The notes below the pieces were generated by a model. It was not told the origin of the DNA. It was given only the letters and a program-made list of their open reading frames with translations, and did no database searches. Below are positions 58,811-64,000 of a stretch of 64,000 bases of DNA, in pieces (position 1 is the stretch's first letter; every line of letters starts with the position of its first letter). The DNA comes from Felis catus (Eukaryota), in NCBI RefSeq assembly GCF_018350175.1, contig NC_058382.1:11532001-11596000 (forward strand). Direction: 5' to 3'. A program made the translations under genes and the position numbers.

Positions 58811-58951
58811 CTGTAAGACGGCAGGGTGGAGGGTGGGGCGGACCGCCAAGGGGGCTTGGAAGGCAGGCCCGTCTCTTCTCTCCTCCCTCAGACCCGGGCC
58901 CCGGGCCCCTGGCCCCCGGCCCTGACCCCTGCCCTCAGGCCCCAGGCTCAC

Positions 58952-59074
58952 GTGTGTATTTCCCAGCTAGAGACATGACCGTGCCTTCCTCCCCGGGCCG
59001 CCGGTGGTAGACCAGCTCTCCACCCAGGGCCAGACACGGCGTGATGCTCTGCAGGTAGTGGGCCACGAGGATAC
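58952..59074 (-). CDS. TOMM40: TOMM40 coding exon ([41 protein letters not shown]); earlier exons lie beyond the right edge
   Basis: CAG/GTGAGC boundaries; 123 bp. Confidence 0.96.
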
Positions 59075-61784
59075 CTGCGGGTGAGATGGGGGAGGGGTCA
59101 CCAGGGCTCGGTGGTCAGCTTCCGCCCAGCCAAGGTGCCAGGCCGGACTCCCGCTCCAGGGAGCTTTCCAGGTTCGCCCCTGCTGGAGGCGCAGGGCCTG
59201 CCCTCAGGCCTCCCGCGCCCCGTGGGACCTCATCAGGTCTGTGCCACCCCACGAGGCTGGTGTTCACCTGCCACTCTATTTACAGAGGAGTCCACGGAGG
59301 CTAAGGAAGTCACCGATCCGTGGTCACAAGGTATGTGAGGGGCAGAATCTGGGCTCCTCTCTACCTCCCAGGCCTGCGTCCTGAACCACTATGCTGCTGG
59401 GAGAGGCAGGAGGGTAGGGCTGGTAAGAGCACACCTCTGGGGGCCAGACAGCCTGGGTTCAAATCCCAGCCCCACCACCCGCTGGCGGAGTTAATGGCGG
59501 GCCACTGGCGTCACCTCTCTGTGTACGGGACTGTCTCTCGAGGTTATGCTGTGGCCTAGAGGAGCGAATGAGGCGCAGGGTAGCGTGACCCGCGCTTGGT
59601 GATTGCTGGGACTGGCCACAGTGGGCTTTAGGACTGGTTTCCTCTGCTCCCTGGCTGTAGGGACAGCCCTGAGACCCCTATTGAGCGCTGACCAGCAGGC
59701 GACCTCCCCCTGGTGGGCGGAAATTCTCGGAGCCGGAGGACTGGAGCCTGGGAGAGTAGACACCGCAAACCAGGTAAACAGAAGAAGCAGGGGGAGGGCC
59801 GGTGACATAGAAAACAGGGCACGTACACGGACTACACGGACACACACGGAGTCGGAGTCGGAGACATGGAAACAGGGTCAGAAAGGGAGAGAGGGAGAGG
59901 GAATGGAAGATTCCCTGGGGGGGGGGGGGGGGGGAGAATGAGCAGACACAGACAAGCTGAGAGGATGGCCCAGTGAGGAAGAGGACGGAGAAAAGGGGAA
60001 GGCCGGACGCAGAGGGACATGGGGAGAGCGGAGAGCAGAGTGAGGGGCAGGAGGCACGGAGAGGCTTCCCAGACCAAGAAAACCACTGGGTCTAGGGAGG
60101 CTGACGGTTCATGGCCACGGCTGTGGGGCTGTGTCTTCTGGGGTCCGGGGTGGGCCGAGCTGGCCCCCTATGGGCTTTTGCGAGCCTCAGTGCGCATTCC
60201 TTCCCCCCCAGAGTAGGAGACTTGGGGCACCCCTCCAGCCAGGCTTGTCCCCCCATTCAAGGAGGGGCAAACTATGGCCCAGAGGGGAAAAGTAACAGTC
60301 TGTGGTCACAGAGAGGTTGGCACTGAAACTCAAGGGTCTCTGGCCTCTCAGCTCTGGCACCTACTGGGACTCGGGGCTGGGGGACCCCCAACATCCCCTC
60401 GATCTCCCTGCCCACCCGCCCCCTGCTCTGCTGGTCCCAGTCTCACCCTCTCCAAGCAACTTCATGGGCAGCACAGAGGGACCTTGTTCACGCACACACC
60501 TAAACCTATTCTCCCCCTTGCTCAGAACTTGCCATGGCTCCCCAGTGCCCAGGAGAGCAGGCTGCAGGGCCCTGCATGGCTGAGCCCCAGCTTCAAAATC
60601 GGGCCCCTTCCTCTTCCCGTGACACAGTCAGCTACGCCCCTCTAGCAAATGAATATGCAGAGCTCACTCTTTCCTCAGGACCACGCACACGCTGTCCTTC
60701 CTGCCCGTACTGCCCCTGATGAGTCTGGCCAACTACATACTCGCACCTAAGTGTTTCCTGGAGCAGGTTACTTCTCTCAAGCACACTCCCTGATCAGAGG
60801 CACGGTCACCAGAGGACCATGGCAGTCGCCCTGTCCTGGCCTCCCTGCTCTCACCTTGGCCCACGCGTGCGGTTGGCAGGTATACGCTGAGAACTATGGT
60901 CAGAACACGGTCTCCACGGCTCGTCTCGCTCCAACGGATCCTGGCTAGTTTCCATACTTCGCCCCATTCTCCCCGCTCCCCAAGCACATTCCCTGGGCCG
61001 CTTCGTCCCGGGGCTGCCCGGCCTGCAGATCTTCACCGGCTTCACCCCTTCCCCCATCTCTGTCTCCCAAACTCAGCCTGTGCCTCCCGCTTGCATCCAG
61101 ACCCAGTTCCCCTAAGGCACCGGGTGCCCCGAGGCAGGGGCTTCGCCAGAATGAGTGGTTCTCAACCAGGGGCCATTCTGCAGTGTCTCGAGTGGCCGGG
61201 AAGGGTCTTGGGAGTCCAAAACCCCATGAGAAGGAAAGAAACTGAGTTAGACCTGTGAGCAAAGAGGTGGCCTTGGCCAATGGGCAGAGCCAGGCCAACC
61301 TGGGCAAGAGTCAGGTCTCCAGTTTTGCCTCCCCAACCTGCTGGGCAGGGAGCCAGGGACAGATGGGGCAGGAGGAAGGCTTGGGCTGACTCCCCCTGCC
61401 CCCGCCTTTCCCCTGCTTGCCTGGGACCCACGCACACCAGGAGTCCTTGGCGAAGTCCCCCATGGGGCAGGAAGGGCAGACACCCCAGAGCAGATGGGCA
61501 GGTAAGGGCAGCACCTGGAAGGAACGCAGTTCTCGGCCCCCGCCAGTCTGCTCCCCACACTCTGTGCTCCGTAGGCCTCAGAAGCAGTGCCCTCCTCACC
61601 CTCCTTTGACTAAACACCATTTTAGAGAAGCTGTTCCGGTCACTTTAGGTGAAACGGAGTGTGTATGTGTGTAGGGGGGAGTGGTAGCTACAAGCGTTCG
61701 TGGCAACCTGAACTTTTTCCGTGTTGAGTTTTTCCCAACAGTAATGAAGTCACTGTGTGATTATTTGTTTTAAAAGCAAATGTC

Positions 61785-61985
61785 GGGGTGCCCAGGTGGC
61801 TCAGTCGGTTAAGCATCTGACTTCGGCTCAGGTCATGACCTTAGTTTGTGAGTTCGAGCCCCGCGTCGGGCTCTGCGCTGACAGCTCAGAGCCTGGAGCC
61901 TGCCTCGGATTCTGTGTACCACCCCCCCCCCCCGCCCCTCCCCTGCTTGCGCTCTCTCAAAAATAAACACACACACAAAAAAATG
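61785..61985 (+). mobile_element. Can-SINE in the long TOMM40 intron
   Basis: TSD aaaagca[a/g]atgtc at 61772 and 61986. Confidence 0.9.
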
Positions 61986-63099
61986 AAAAGCAGATGTCTC
62001 CTGCACTGGGCTGGGAGCCCTGTGAGGGCAGGAAGGGGCCGTCTCAGGCACTGCTGGGTCCCGGCACCGCCCTGCCTGGGGCCGGGCACATGCCGGGTTC
62101 TCAGGAGAAGGCAAAGGCTCCAGAGAACGAGTTGAGGCCACACAGAGGGAACCAAGAAAGAACACGGGCCCTTGAGGCAGGCCACGATTCACATTCCAGC
62201 TTCTCTGTGGGATCCCTGGGCCTCACTTCCCCCACCTGTGACATGCGGGCCATGAAAACAGGGACAGCCCCTGCCGATGGCGGGACAACGTGGAGACCCC
62301 ACACGGGGAGAAGTCTCGCTGGCAGCTGGCCCCGCGCTCAGGGCTGAAGACGGGCTCCCCCGCCCCAAATCCTTCACAGAGACGCGGTCGCTGTTTTTGT
62401 GCCCTTGTGACAGGGGAGGCTCCATGCGGTTGGAGCCACCGGGGGCCTGAGGCCGGGCTGTCCGTGGAAAGTTACTCATGTGCTCAGCGCTCATCTGGGC
62501 CAGCAGTGTTCGTGTCTCAGGGACCGGAAAGACCCCTGGGAGAACTCAGGGGCGGACGGGTCACTGCTGGCCTTGGGCTCCGGGGCAGAGGGACCCGGAC
62601 GGAGGCCAGTGTTGGGAGGCACCGGGGGACCATCCAGTGAGCATGTGCGAGGGCGGGGGCGGGGGGGGGGGGGGGTACTCGGTGCCAGAGACACAGAGCA
62701 CGGATTCACGAATCTGACCCGCTGTGCGTCCTGGGGAAAGCGCTTACCCTCTCTGGGGCTCGGGACGATGAGCAAGCTGGCAGTGCCCACCTGGCTCTTG
62801 GGGACTCAGCGAATGGCGGCGGGACGGACACACGTGCAGGAACCCGCCCCCCCATCCTGCCAGGTGTTCAAACCCGGACCTACAGAGTCACACCCTCACC
62901 CAGCTCCCACCCCCAACCCCCTGGCCAACCCCAGGGGCTCCGCTCTCACAGCCCGTCCGAGCCTCACCTCCACTCATCCCTCCAACAGCTCACGCAGCGG
63001 AGCCCCCTGTAGTCTGCTCTCCCCGGCGGGGCCCGTTAGAAGCTACACCAGCTCCTGTCCCTCTCATGCTGACAATGGCCCCTGACGCAGAGCGAAGGC

Positions 63100-63930
63100 T
63101 CAAGTCCTACAGACCCTCCTGCGATTTGGCTCCTCAGCCCTCAGGCTTCTAGCTCTCCCTCCTACCCCACCCGTTATAAAGCCTCCGGCCCCAGGGCCTT
63201 TGTGCCTGTTGCTCCCTCAGGCTCAAGACTTCCTTCCCCCCACCCCTCTCTGCCGGGTACCTTCCTTCCCGCCCTTAGTCTTTGTTCAAGTATCACTTAC
63301 AGAAGGGGGCTTTCTCCGAGGACCCCATTTTCGAAGGCCCTAGTCTTTCCCAGCCCCTATCGCCGGACACGGACACCTTGTCTTTTACGCGATGCTTTGC
63401 CAGCATCTGCGCCCTCCGGAATGGAAGCTCCCAGAGGGCAGGCTTAACTCTCCTTTGCTCCCTTCTCCTCAGGGCCTGGAATGTGCACGGTACACGCCCA
63501 GGCAACACGCATTATGAACGTTGAGAAATCAGACACGCAGAGCCAGAAAAAAGGGGAACCAAGGAGAGACCAGACGTACAGACACAGGTCGGTCGGTCCC
63601 TGCCCACACCAACCCAAATGGGAACTTTCCTTGGCTGCTTCTGTCTCAAGACTGCCGGCCCCCTGCCCCCACAACTGCACGGGGACTCACCCTCCCCGTT
63701 ATCTATGCAGCCCAACAATCCAAGCCCGTAAGCAGTCAGAGCAGCTCACGTTTCCCTGGGACCCATTACGTGTCCCACGCCACTTGAAGTTTTTTTCACA
63801 CGGATGAACTTAAACGAACTTAACCAGCCTGTGGGGCAGATGAGGAAACGGAGGCCCACAGAGGTGATGGAACTCGCCTACAACCGCAGCGAAGTCAGTG
63901 GCAGAACTGGGGTCTGAACCTGCTCGCTTG
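63100..63930. mobile_element. L2 remnant (~63100-63500) and MIR remnant (~63800-63930)
   Basis: cagggcctttg...tcccagagggcagg L2 motifs; gatgaggaaacggaggcccacagagg MIR core. Confidence 0.6.
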
Positions 63931-64000
63931 CGCCCAAATGCTAGACTGCGGGAGGCTTCGAGCTCACGTCTGCCCCTGGCCATTTTCAGACGGTGGGAAA

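Noticed and set aside
59703-59716. CTCF-like CCACCAGGGGGAGG in the TOMM40 intron
   Set aside because: Mismatch at the highly conserved C of GGC; at most a weak secondary site.
60855-60886. 32-nt possible poison exon in the TOMM40 intron (CAG...AAG|GTGAGA)
   Set aside because: Weak acceptor tract; such donor/acceptor pairs are common by chance.
59075-64000. Search for upstream TOMM40 exons
   Set aside because: The preceding exon (TQQSKFVNWQVDGEY...) is not present; the whole stretch is intronic.

Overview
Mammalian genomic DNA from a felid/feliform carnivore, judged by the Felis-type tRNA-derived Can-SINEs throughout. The window covers the TOMM40-APOE-APOC1-APOC4-APOC2-CLPTM1 locus, with all genes on the minus strand. 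Coding joins (minus strand, 5'->3'): CLPTM1 27499-27570, 21396-21508, 10741-10864, 9438-9596, 7366-7483, 3032-3117, 2067-2187, 1252-1496, 438-531 (continues off the left edge). APOC2 33334-33388, 33003-33162, 32673-32763 (101 aa). APOC4 37004-37079, 35518-35647, 35090-35255 (123 aa). APOC1 48698-48755, 48047-48167, 46482-46539 (78 aa, strongly diverged). APOE 54196-54238, 53522-53708, 52504-53188 (304 aa, with an 11-aa internal deletion). TOMM40 last four coding exons 58952-59074, 58734-58810, 58509-58611, 57393-57532. One hepatic control region (~40.3-40.5 kb) and one multienhancer with a DR4 LXRE (~49.85 kb) are recognisable; no APOC1P1 duplicate was seen. Top leads: (1) a frame-preserving 15-nt microexon candidate in CLPTM1 intron 2; (2) a convergent pair of near-consensus CTCF motifs (30.1 kb +, 56.8 kb -) that brackets exactly the four apolipoprotein genes and their enhancers; (3) in-frame read-through splice junctions TOMM40->APOE and APOC4->APOC2, the first kept in frame despite apparent loss of the human-equivalent APOE exon-2 acceptor; (4) a remodelled apoC-I and an apoE lacking one 11-mer repeat. 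Comparisons with human or dog sequences are from memory and need alignment to confirm. Repeat boundaries are approximate.
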